A DNA stretch of 64,000 nt, taken from positions 21,781-85,780 of the forward strand of contig JAGCXM010000028.1 of the NCBI GenBank assembly GCA_017961325.1, read 5' to 3'. This document shows, one piece after another, positions 1 through 10,952 of this stretch. This DNA comes from a bacterium (GTDB lineage Bacteria > UBP6 > UBA1177). Position 1 is the first letter of the stretch. Each line of letters starts with the position of its first letter. The notes below the pieces were generated by a model that saw only the letters and a list, made by a program, of their open reading frames with translations, was not told where the DNA came from and made no database searches. The translations under genes and the position numbers were made by a program.

Positions 1-765
1 GTATTGAAAGTGCTTTCCCATCATCTCCTTTTTCTCTTCCGGAGTCACTTTTTCACCTTTGAGTTCGCGGAAGATCCACGGCTTTCCCAGTGCACCGCGG
101 CCGACCATTATTCCGGCGATTTTCGTTCCCTTGAATTTTTCCAGATCTTCAATCTGCCTGATATCGCCCGAATGAATGACGGGAACAGGCAGTTTTTCGG
201 CAAGTTCTATCGATACGTTGAAATCGCAACTTCCTGAAAACATTTCTGTTCTCAGACGAGGATGTACTGTGAGCATGTCCGCTCCGTTGTCAACAGCTTC
301 CATTGCGCAGCGCTCGTAATTCGGAGTTTTGAATCCTTTCCGTATCTTGACCGAAAGCGGCAGATCAGTGACGCCACGCAGGGTTTTCACGATTTTGCCG
401 AGTCTTTCGGGATCATCCATGAGAGCAGACCCTGCCCGTGCGGCGACGACTTTTCTCACGGGACATCCTGCATTGATGTCGATTCCGGCCGGAGTCACCC
501 GTTCCAGAATTTTTTCGGCTGCCTCTTTTATGACATCGGGGTCGCCGCCGAAAAACTGGAGAACGGTGCGCGGTTCCTTTTCGTCAATTTCCGAAAGCGA
601 AATCGTTTTTCTGTTGCGCAGGGTCACCGCTTTTGCCGAAATCATTTCGCTGAAGCAGCTGTCGGCACCGCCTTCATAGCAGAGAAGCCTGAATTCTTTC
701 GAAGTTATTTCTGCAAGCGGGGCGAGATAGAAATCCAAAACGGCACCTTTGGTAAGGTTAAACAA
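1..765 (-). CDS. tRNA-dihydrouridine synthase (Dus family), 3'-partial. The C-terminus runs off the window at position 1. Probable TTG start at 763-765; start uncertain.
   Basis: Reverse-strand translation reads ...LAPLAEITSKEFR...GIDINAGCPVRKV...IAGIMVGRGALGKPWIF..., matching the Dus motifs LAPMAGVTD / NxGCP / GRGALGNPWIF. Not in the ORF track because there is no in-window stop. The plus-strand ORFs 262..819 and 329..679 are its antisense. Confidence 0.75.
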   Translation of the reverse strand, partial: MFNLTKGAVLDFYLAPLAEITSKEFRLLCYEGGADSCFSEMISAKAVTLRNRKTISLSEIDEKEPRTVLQFFGGDPDVIKEAAEKILERVTPAGIDINAGCPVRKVVAARAGSALMDDPERLGKIVKTLRGVTDLPLSVKIRKGFKTPNYERCAMEAVDNGADMLTVHPRLRTEMFSGSCDFNVSIELAEKLPVPVIHSGDIRQIEDLEKFKGTKIAGIMVGRGALGKPWIFRELKGEKVTPEEKKEMMGKHFQY

Positions 766-875
766 AAACGGCTGAATATAGCAGAAAATCCGAAAAAAGA
801 CAGAACAATTTTAAGTTGACAAAACAGGTAAAATTTTTAAAGTTTTGGCGGATTTATTGTTTTTAGGAGGATATC

Positions 876-3005
876 ATGAAAAAATTTCTTTGGTTTTCCG
901 CGCTTGTTCTGGTGCTTTTGTTTGCGGTTTCATGCAGCAACGGCAACTCTTCAAAAAAAGATGATGTTACGCCTGATGAAGATTCTGATGACGAATCCGT
1001 TTCAGACGATGATTCAGATGATTCAGACGAAGATGAAGTGAAGGATGATTCTGAAAAAACCAACGATGACGAAACACAGGTCCCGCCGCTTGAATGCGCA
1101 AATCTGGTTGACGGACTCAACAAAAATCTGATTGTCGGCGAAGGTGCGAATAAACTCGAGAGAAGTTTCATTCTCCGTCTGCCGAAAGAAATTGACTCTG
1201 ACAAAAAATTCCCGGTCGTTTTCCTTTATCACGGCTACGGCGATACTGCCGAAGGTATCGAACCGCTTTTGAAACCTCATGTCGACAACGAAACGATGCC
1301 GTTCATCCTCGTTGTTCCGGAATCAAGATCCGATAAATTCGGATTCGACAATATTCCGCCGTCTGGTCTTGACTGGGATATGATGAATCTCACGGACGGA
1401 AACGCTGAAGCCGACATGTTCGACGCCGTTCTTGAATGTCTTGGCAAAAAATGGAAAATCGATGAAAAACATATTCACGTTTCGGGATTTTCGGCGGGTG
1501 CGATCACGGCGAACAGCATCGCTCTAATGAGACCTGAAAAAGTTGCAAGCATTCTTTCATACTCGGGCGCATACTTCTCCGATGAAAAGAGCCGCGACGC
1601 TTTGGGCGACTTTATGGGAATGGCAAAAATCGGTGATTTCTTCAGCTGGCCTGATTTTGCGGAAGGACACAACAAATATCCGCAGGTTTTCGTGTTCGGC
1701 GACAAAGAAGAGGACGCATGGAGCATATCTGGAATATTTACGATCTATTTCAACCAGATGGGCCGTCTGGGAGCAAACTATCTCACTGAAAACGGTCACG
1801 AGGCGATTCTCTGCGAACACGATCAGGATCATACTGTCGCAGGAATAAGTCAGGAAGGAATGATAAAATTCTTCAAAGATCATCCTTTCGGCACTGAAAA
1901 ATCATCGTACCGCGAAGAAATGCCCGAAGATTTCGCCGGAATCTGTCATTTCTTTACCGGGAAGGATCTCGAAGATATTGACGATGGTGAAGATGAGGAC
2001 AGTGACGATGAAGATGACGATACTGATTCAGAGGATGAAGAAAACGATGATACCGATAACGAACCGGAAAATCCTGAAACTCTGCTCGGATGCTCTTTTA
2101 AGGAAGGTCTCAACAAGAATCTGATTGTCGGCGAAGGTGAAAACAAACTTGAAAGAGAATTTATTCTCCATCTGCCTGACGGCATCGGTTCCGAAAAAAA
2201 ATTCCCTGTCATTTTCCTTTATCACGGTTCCAACGATACGGCGGAAAATTTTGATTCCTATTTTTCAAGCTATGTAAACAACGGGGAGATGCCGTTCATT
2301 CTTGTTGTTCCCGAATCGAGAAAGGATAAATTCAACCTTGACGACGCCCTTTCACCGACTGGACCGACCGGCTTGGAATGGGATATGGTAAATCTTGAAG
2401 ACGGAAATGCCGAAGCCGATATGTTCGACAAAATTCTTGCGTGCCTTGAAGATAATATTGATGAAAAGCACATTCACCTCCTCGGATATTCCGCAGGTGC
2501 GGTAGCGGCAGACGGCATCGCTCTGCAGAGAAACGACAGAATCGCAAGTGTCGTTTCAATTTCCGGAGCATACTTCTCGAATGATAAAAACCGCGAAGCA
2601 CTCGGAACAATATCATATCAGGGATATCCGATAGTGATAGGAGACTACTTCAAATGGCCCGATTTTAAAGAAAATCATACAAAATACCCGCAGCTCTTCA
2701 TTTTCGGCAAAGCAGGGGAAGATTCATGGAAGACTGAAGGAGATTTTTTAAATATCGAAATTGATTTCAATCAGATGGCTAACAATGACGGAACTTATTT
2801 CCATGAAAACGGTCACGATGCAATTCTTTGCAACCACGGCGGCAGCCACAACATATTATCGACCCAGGCTTTCAATAGCGGTGCGATGCCGAAGGCTGTT
2901 TTAAAATTCCTCAGGGATCATCCTTCAGGAACTAACCCTTCACCGTATCAGGAAAATCTTCCGACTGAATTTTCTTCATCAATGGATTGCTCATTTGTCC
3001 ATTAA
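876..3005 (+). CDS. Secreted lipoprotein with two tandem alpha/beta-hydrolase (esterase / PHB-depolymerase-like) domains separated by acidic D/E/S-rich linkers
   Basis: Signal peptide plus lipobox (LLFAVSC). Two diverged copies of a ~300-aa module: LNKNLIVGEG.NKLER.FIL.LP...FPV(V/I)FLYHG...MPFILVVPESR...GxSAGA (GFSAG / GYSAG nucleophile elbows)...ENGHEAILC. RBS AGGAGG upstream. Confidence 0.7.
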   Translation: MKKFLWFSALVLVLLFAVSCSNGNSSKKDDVTPDEDSDDESVSDDDSDDSDEDEVKDDSEKTNDDETQVPPLECANLVDGLNKNLIVGEGANKLERSFILRLPKEIDSDKKFPVVFLYHGYGDTAEGIEPLLKPHVDNETMPFILVVPESRSDKFGFDNIPPSGLDWDMMNLTDGNAEADMFDAVLECLGKKWKIDEKHIHVSGFSAGAITANSIALMRPEKVASILSYSGAYFSDEKSRDALGDFMGMAKIGDFFSWPDFAEGHNKYPQVFVFGDKEEDAWSISGIFTIYFNQMGRLGANYLTENGHEAILCEHDQDHTVAGISQEGMIKFFKDHPFGTEKSSYREEMPEDFAGICHFFTGKDLEDIDDGEDEDSDDEDDDTDSEDEENDDTDNEPENPETLLGCSFKEGLNKNLIVGEGENKLEREFILHLPDGIGSEKKFPVIFLYHGSNDTAENFDSYFSSYVNNGEMPFILVVPESRKDKFNLDDALSPTGPTGLEWDMVNLEDGNAEADMFDKILACLEDNIDEKHIHLLGYSAGAVAADGIALQRNDRIASVVSISGAYFSNDKNREALGTISYQGYPIVIGDYFKWPDFKENHTKYPQLFIFGKAGEDSWKTEGDFLNIEIDFNQMANNDGTYFHENGHDAILCNHGGSHNILSTQAFNSGAMPKAVLKFLRDHPSGTNPSPYQENLPTEFSSSMDCSFVH

Positions 3006-3066
3006 GCGGAATCAGAACTTCGAATCCCGGCAGATTGAATCTTAAAAATTTCGGAAAAATCAAAAA

Positions 3067-3153
3067 TGGTGCCGGAGACCGGAATCGAACCGGTATGGGG
3101 TCGCCCCCGCTGGATTTTGAGTCCAGTGCGTCTACCTATTTCACCACTCCGGC
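3067..3153 (-). tRNA. tRNA-Leu (anticodon CAA), long variable arm, CCA encoded
   Basis: Reverse complement reads GCCGGAGTGGTGAAATAGGTAGACGCACTGGACTCAAAATCCAGCGGGGGCGACCCCATACCGGTTCGATTCCGGTCTCCGGCACCA; anticodon loop CTCAAAA; 7-bp acceptor stem. Confidence 0.85.
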
Positions 3154-3275
3154 AAAATTGACGCAGCATGGTAGTCTAAAAAAATAAAAAGTCAATTTAT
3201 GCGAATGATTTTTTGAATGCAAATTGACTTTTTTCTTTTGAAATTTAAAATCCGGCAGACGTTTTTTGACAGGAG

Positions 3276-3695
3276 TTGAAAATGAACGCTTATCAGAAAT
3301 CGGAAATTATTGGCAGACTGTTGAATCTGTTGATGTTTCTTGCCGTATTGTTCCCTTTTTCAATTTTCGGGGAGGCTAAGCTGTCGCCCACGGTTGACGT
3401 CTCTTTCGCAAAATCCGGAAAAGGCGTCGTCTACACGATCGTTTACGGAAAAAACACTAAATTCAATGACAACGAAAACGCTCCCTACAAATTTATTTTT
3501 CTTGACGCCGGTAAAAAGGAACTCGGCAGGATAGAGAAGGATTTTTTTGTCAAAAACAATGAAAAAAAGGCGGTTTACACATCAAATTTCGGAGAATCTT
3601 CGGCAAAAATCACCCTTGCGGTGTGCCTTTACAGCGAAAAAACGGGACTTGCCGAAAAATGCACGGTAAAAAGCTTTAAATTGGAAATAAAATAA
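3276..3695 (+). CDS. Small secreted hypothetical protein (139 aa)
   Basis: N-terminal hydrophobic signal (LLNLLMFLAVLFPFSIFGEA); RBS GGAG; upstream -35/-10-like hexamers. Confidence 0.5.
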   Translation: MKMNAYQKSEIIGRLLNLLMFLAVLFPFSIFGEAKLSPTVDVSFAKSGKGVVYTIVYGKNTKFNDNENAPYKFIFLDAGKKELGRIEKDFFVKNNEKKAVYTSNFGESSAKITLAVCLYSEKTGLAEKCTVKSFKLEIK

Positions 3696-3706
3696 CGGAG
3701 GAAAAG

Positions 3707-4699
3707 ATGGGTTTAATCAAAAACATCGGAAATGCGGTAAAAAATGAAGTCAGGGATTACCTCTTGAAAATAGTCGAAGCCGAGAAGGAAGCTCCGAAAC
3801 GCCCTGAAGCCGAAAACGTGCAGAAACCTGCAGAAACAGAGACCGAGCAGCCGAAGCCTAAAGCAGAGGAAATGCCGGTTGTAAAAGAAGAGAAGGTTCA
3901 GCCCGAGCATACTGAAGAAATTGAAGAAGTTGCCGAAAAACCGCGCAGAAAAGAGATTTATCCGATAGCGAACGACCTTGAATTCGTCAGGTGTTCGTAC
4001 AAGAAAAATCAGGATCTTATCACGATTCCTAAAGAACTTGCCGAACTTATAAAAATGCTGCCGCTTGAAGAGTATGCTTGCTTCGTTAAGCTTTACTGCT
4101 TTGTGCTCGACCAGAAGAAGAATTACGGATACTGGGGCAGCACTCTGAAGCGCAGGATCGGGCTTGACTATCTTACGACTTCAGAATTCGAGGAACTCGG
4201 TAACAACCTTATGGCTTACGGTCTTCTCTTGATCGAAAAACTGACAGAAAATCAGAAGACTTTTGTCCTTTACGTTCCTTTTGATGAAGAAATAATGGTG
4301 AAACTCAGCACGGCCAAACAACCCGCAAAACAGCCGGAAAAGCCGAAGAAAAAATCTGAAAAACCTGTTCAGGGCATCAGAAAAGAGGTTAAAAAAGAGG
4401 CGGAATCGACGCCTCAGCACGAAGAAGACATTCCGGGAAAACATGTCGAAGGAATGGAAGACGATGAAATGTACAAATCATACAAAACTTTCGTAAGTCT
4501 GGAGATCGACAAGGCGAAAATGCGCGTCGGAAGGGCGAATTTCGACAAAATTTACATGGAAGCGGTAAAGTATATCGATAAAAAATACGGCTTCAAAGTT
4601 CTGTCAGATTCCGATAAGTTTAAGGAATATCTGACGAATTACTACATTTCGGCATTCGATATCCCGACTTTTGAAAACTGGAAGAAATCAAAAGGCTAA
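3707..4699 (+). CDS. Hypothetical protein with a K/E/P-rich low-complexity N-terminal half
   Basis: Clean ORF; RBS GGAGGA 8 nt upstream; no recognisable motif. Confidence 0.5.
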   Translation: MGLIKNIGNAVKNEVRDYLLKIVEAEKEAPKRPEAENVQKPAETETEQPKPKAEEMPVVKEEKVQPEHTEEIEEVAEKPRRKEIYPIANDLEFVRCSYKKNQDLITIPKELAELIKMLPLEEYACFVKLYCFVLDQKKNYGYWGSTLKRRIGLDYLTTSEFEELGNNLMAYGLLLIEKLTENQKTFVLYVPFDEEIMVKLSTAKQPAKQPEKPKKKSEKPVQGIRKEVKKEAESTPQHEEDIPGKHVEGMEDDEMYKSYKTFVSLEIDKAKMRVGRANFDKIYMEAVKYIDKKYGFKVLSDSDKFKEYLTNYYISAFDIPTFENWKKSKG

Positions 4700-4711
4700 T
4701 CGGAGTGAAAG

Positions 4712-4960
4712 ATGCTTAACGATATAAAAATCCTTATGAAATCGCTCAGCGACATCGACGTCAGGATAATGCTGTGCAAATCGGCGTTCGAGTGGGAGCT
4801 GCTGGCGAAAAAATACAACGCCCTGCGCGACGAGATCGAGGCTTTCTGCGCTTCGGGGCTTCCTGCAGACGTCCAAGAGGCTCTTGAAAAGACGCGAGCT
4901 TATTTGGTCGAAAAGAAAGGAGAACTTCCTCCGCTTGATTTGTCAGATTTTTTTAAATAA
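4712..4960 (+). CDS. Small hypothetical protein (82 aa), likely co-transcribed with 3707..4699
   Basis: ORF 12 nt after the previous stop, with GGAG RBS. Confidence 0.4.
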   Translation: MLNDIKILMKSLSDIDVRIMLCKSAFEWELLAKKYNALRDEIEAFCASGLPADVQEALEKTRAYLVEKKGELPPLDLSDFFK

Positions 4961-5004
4961 ATTCAAACAATTATCTTCTTGTCTCAAAAAAAACCGTTTT
5001 TTAT

Positions 5005-5032
5005 TTGACTTTTAAAAAAAAATTACTATAAA
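5005..5032 (+). promoter_or_regulatory. Sigma70-type promoter for the tRNA-Val/tRNA-Asp pair (-35 TTGACT 5005-5010, 16-nt spacer, -10 TATAAA 5027-5032)
   Basis: Near-consensus hexamers 14 nt upstream of the tRNA-Val 5' end. Confidence 0.55.
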
Positions 5033-5045
5033 TCTTGCCGCTGAT

Positions 5046-5121
5046 GGGCGCTTAGCTCAGCTGGGAGAGCATCGGCCTTACAAGCCGGTGGTCGCAGGTT
5101 CGATCCCTGCAGCGCCTACCA
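5046..5121 (+). tRNA. tRNA-Val (anticodon TAC)
   Basis: GGGCGCTTAGCTCAGCTGGGAGAGCATCGGCCTTACAAGCCGGTGGTCGCAGGTTCGATCCCTGCAGCGCCTACCA; cloverleaf with anticodon loop CTTACAA. Confidence 0.9.
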
Positions 5122-5138
5122 TCTTTGAAAATTGAGGC

Positions 5139-5215
<77 letters not shown>

Positions 5216-5249
5216 TTTTCAATTTTTTTCCGTAAAATTTTTTTGATTT

Positions 5250-7106
5250 TCAATGATTCGGGGTTTCTGGATTCGAATTTTGCAAAGATTCTTCCTTTTC
5301 CCGGAAAACCAGCGTCTGACCGAGAGCCCTGATACACTCTTCTGCTGAAAGATGTCCGGTTTCATTCATTATGGTGAGTATTCTGACCAGGTTTTTATAC
5401 CAGTTTTCACTGATGTTTTTTGTCAGGAACTGATAATGGTATTTGCTCGGACCGGGAATTACCGAAGCTAAATAGGCCGATTCCATCGGGGTGAGCTCAG
5501 GCGGCTCTTTGCCGAAATAGTACCGTGCCGCCTGCGAAATTCCGAAAATGCCCGGTGCCCATTCGATGATGTTGAGATAAATTTCAAGAAGACGCTCCTT
5601 TGACAGCGTCGCATCGAGCTCTATCGCGAGGAGAACCTCCCTGAATTTGCGCAGAAGCGTCTTGTCGCGGTTCAGAAACAGATTTTTTGCAAGCTGCTGC
5701 GTAATCGTCGAACCGCCGCGCATTTTGTGATTTTTTATGTTGTCCTTGACGGCGGCGTCAAGCTCCTGAAAATCGACTCCTTTATGAACGAAAAAACCGG
5801 CGTCTTCCGACACCACGACTGCCCAGATAAGATGCTCGGGAATAAGAGTTATCGGCGTAAAGTCCGGATTGGATTCCCCGACTACGATACTCCTTTTCGT
5901 TCCGTCGTTATTGGTAAAAGTGTATTCAAAAGTTCCTTTCAGATAGTCCAAACGGTCGGAAAGCTGCTTCGGATCGACAAGGTTGCCGCTCACCGAAAAG
6001 AGAGGTTCTTCTTCGTCCTTTTTAGAATATGCGACAAAAAGCTCCAGATTGCCGCCGAATAGATAATTGGCGAAAGTTTCGTCGTGAATCAGCGTTTCAA
6101 GTTTGTTCAGTGTTGCGGATTTGGTCTCAATTGAAAACTCTTTTGATTTCTTGCTGTAACTGCCTGAAAACACTGCGTCTATTCCGCCGAGTGAAACCTC
6201 TGAATCTTGTATCGAAACCGTTTTTTCATCCATATTTGCTATAATTTCACCAGAAAAACGGAACATGGGAATCGTGAACGGGTTCGAATCTATTACCGGA
6301 TGGAAAAAAGAGAGGTTCTTGATGCTTATATCGTTTTCAAAAGTAATAGTTCTGTTTTCTTTATTTGCTATGATGACGGCGTTTGCACTCCCTTCCGGAA
6401 TATCGAGCGTCGTTTTGTTTTTTATGATTTCGCGATAGCGGTTCAAATCCATTCCGTCAAGCCGCACTAAGGCTTTTTTCAGCGCCGGATAAAAATTGAT
6501 TTCAATAATTCCTTCGTCTTCGCTTTCCTGCAGAAATATTCTGCCGCTTTCGTGCGAAATCTCGGATTCCACCTCATATTTAAAGCTGTTTCCTTTGAAA
6601 AGCACCTCGGCATCTGTCGAAAACGAAAACGATTTTCCGGTTTTTCCGTTCTTTTCCGCGTCTTTGTTTCCCGAAGCCTCTTCACTTTTGATTTTATTGA
6701 AAAAATTCAATATCTTACGGTAATTATCCGCATAAAAAACAGTATTTCCGCACTTTAAACTGATTTTTTTCGTATCTGAAAAGAGAATCGAACCGAAACC
6801 GCTTGCGGCACAGTCATTAATTTCAGCAAATTTTTCACCAGAATGAGAAATTTCTCCTTTCTTCAAATGTATTTCAGAATTCGTAATAAGCGGCGAAAAT
6901 CGTATCCGAATGTTCTCGAGTTTGACGTCGATGCCGTATTTTTCTTTAATGGAATCAGTAATTTGCTGTGAGATTTCACTGATTTTCGAGTTGGAAAACT
7001 TCATAAAGGAAGAGTATAGGGCGAAGAGCGCGATGAGAAAAAACAGCAAGATCGAAACGATGCGCGATATTTTTTTTGTTTTCTGCCTCAACTCTAACAA
7101 TTTCAT
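5250..7106 (-). CDS. Membrane-anchored protein with a C-terminal peptidoglycan glycosyltransferase (GT51, MtgA/PBP1 transglycosylase-like) domain and a ~400-aa N-terminal region of unknown function
   Basis: N-terminal TM helix; C-terminal EDAGFFVHKGVD...GGSTITQQLAKNLFL...RK..E..LA..L, the GT51 signature motifs. Confidence 0.7.
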   Translation of the reverse strand: MKLLELRQKTKKISRIVSILLFFLIALFALYSSFMKFSNSKISEISQQITDSIKEKYGIDVKLENIRIRFSPLITNSEIHLKKGEISHSGEKFAEINDCAASGFGSILFSDTKKISLKCGNTVFYADNYRKILNFFNKIKSEEASGNKDAEKNGKTGKSFSFSTDAEVLFKGNSFKYEVESEISHESGRIFLQESEDEGIIEINFYPALKKALVRLDGMDLNRYREIIKNKTTLDIPEGSANAVIIANKENRTITFENDISIKNLSFFHPVIDSNPFTIPMFRFSGEIIANMDEKTVSIQDSEVSLGGIDAVFSGSYSKKSKEFSIETKSATLNKLETLIHDETFANYLFGGNLELFVAYSKKDEEEPLFSVSGNLVDPKQLSDRLDYLKGTFEYTFTNNDGTKRSIVVGESNPDFTPITLIPEHLIWAVVVSEDAGFFVHKGVDFQELDAAVKDNIKNHKMRGGSTITQQLAKNLFLNRDKTLLRKFREVLLAIELDATLSKERLLEIYLNIIEWAPGIFGISQAARYYFGKEPPELTPMESAYLASVIPGPSKYHYQFLTKNISENWYKNLVRILTIMNETGHLSAEECIRALGQTLVFREKEESLQNSNPETPNH

Positions 7107-7125
7107 GCTTTCAAATAAAAAGAAA

Positions 7126-7201
7126 TGGAGCTACCGAGGTGACTCGAACACCCGACCTGCTGATTACGAATCAGCTGCTCTACCGACTGAGCCACGGTAG
7201 C
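7126..7201 (-). tRNA. tRNA-Thr (anticodon CGT)
   Basis: Reverse complement GCTACCGTGGCTCAGTCGGTAGAGCAGCTGATTCGTAATCAGCAGGTCGGGTGTTCGAGTCACCTCGGTAGCTCCA; anticodon loop TTCGTAA. Confidence 0.85.
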
Positions 7202-7272
7202 ACCATAGCGGCGGGATTGTAGGAAAAAAAAATTACAAGTCAAATTTTTTCTTTTGGCGCGCAAAGTTTTAC

Positions 7273-7345
7273 CGGAATCTCGGGATTTCGGAATCACGGG
7301 ATTCTGGTTGCGCTGCTTCGGGATCACGGTATCTCGGAATCACGG
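7273..7345. repeat. Array of four CGGRATCWCGG 11-mers, two pairs with 16-nt spacing, between tRNA-Thr and psd
   Basis: cggaatctcgg 7273-7283, cggaatcacgg 7289-7299, cgggatcacgg 7319-7329, cggaatcacgg 7335-7345. Confidence 0.5.
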
Positions 7346-7418
7346 AATCCCGACACAAGATTTGCGGCGCAGGAAAAAATCGTTATAATCACCAGGTTTT
7401 TGGTTTTAGGAGTTTTTT

Positions 7419-8234
7419 ATGAAGTTTTTGAAAAAATTGTTTCTTTTCATCATTTCGTTTCCTTTTCTAAGCAGGATCTGGGGAAAAATCACTAAACTTG
7501 AGTTCCCGGCAGTTCTGATTCGGAAGGCGATCCGGATTTATGCCTCGCACTACGAAATCGATATGAAGAATTTTGAAGGAAATCTTGTCGATTACGATTC
7601 TCTGTGTGCGTTTTTTACAAGAAAAATCGACACTTACGTGCGTCCGCTGAAAAACGACGAAAATGCGTTTCTTTCGCCTTGCGACGGTGTCGTCAGCGTT
7701 CTCGAAAACATCCATGCCGATGTTGCGACGCAGGTCAAAGGGAAGACTTACCTCGTTTCGGAACTTGTCAAAAAGGAGCTTCCATTCGAGAAAGGTTTCT
7801 GGCTAGCGACCATCTATCTTTCGCCGCGCGACTACCACAGATTCCACGTTCCGGTCGATTCGACTCTTTCGGCCCACATTCACACGGGCTGGCGGCTTTT
7901 TCCGGTAAATTCGTTCGGCTTAAACAATATCGACAGGCTTTTCATAAGAAACGAGCGCGTCGTCACGAAATTCAAAGCTGAAAATTTTACCTACTTCTAC
8001 ATTGCGGTCGGAGCAACTTTCGTAGGCTCGATAAAAATGAATTTTACCGAAAAATTTTCTGACGAGTGGGTCAGAAACGACAAAGAATATTCACAGAACG
8101 ACGAATTCGGAATGTTCGAAATGGGCTCGACTATAGTTCTTCTCATTCCCGAAGAAGCGGTAGAAAAACCGGCTGTTGCAGAAGGTGAAAAAGTCCGCGC
8201 CGGAGAGCCTCTTTTCGTGCTCAGAAAATCGTAA
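7419..8234 (+). CDS. psd: Phosphatidylserine decarboxylase proenzyme
   Basis: LSPRDYHRFHVP motif and the FEMGSTIVLL self-cleavage site (G-S-T); size 271 aa. Confidence 0.8.
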   Translation: MKFLKKLFLFIISFPFLSRIWGKITKLEFPAVLIRKAIRIYASHYEIDMKNFEGNLVDYDSLCAFFTRKIDTYVRPLKNDENAFLSPCDGVVSVLENIHADVATQVKGKTYLVSELVKKELPFEKGFWLATIYLSPRDYHRFHVPVDSTLSAHIHTGWRLFPVNSFGLNNIDRLFIRNERVVTKFKAENFTYFYIAVGATFVGSIKMNFTEKFSDEWVRNDKEYSQNDEFGMFEMGSTIVLLIPEEAVEKPAVAEGEKVRAGEPLFVLRKS

Positions 8235-8451
8235 ATTTTCGCCATAAAAAATCACAAATTTCTGCCTTAGAAAATTGCATTTCTGCTCAAAAAACGGACG
8301 TTTTTTGACCACTCAAGAACCGTTCTTGAAAAACCCAATAAAATCAACAACTTAAAAACGTGTTTTTTGAGGCCGAAAAATCATATATGTCCTAAAAATC
8401 ATTGATTTTTTTCTTCGATAAAAATTGCTTTTTGCGATTCGATAAATATAA

Positions 8452-10941
<2,490 letters not shown>

Positions 10942-10952
10942 CGGAGGGAAAA

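Noticed and set aside
262-819. 185-aa and 116-aa plus-strand ORFs at the window start
   Set aside because: Antisense to the dihydrouridine synthase gene, which carries clear Dus motifs on the minus strand.
2987-3187. 66-aa ORF overlapping tRNA-Leu
   Set aside because: Overlaps a well-folded tRNA on the opposite strand; no RBS.
7103-7327. 74-aa minus ORF and 96-aa plus ORF (6910..7200) overlapping tRNA-Thr and the 11-mer repeat array
   Set aside because: They overlap a tRNA and repeat DNA; no coding signal.
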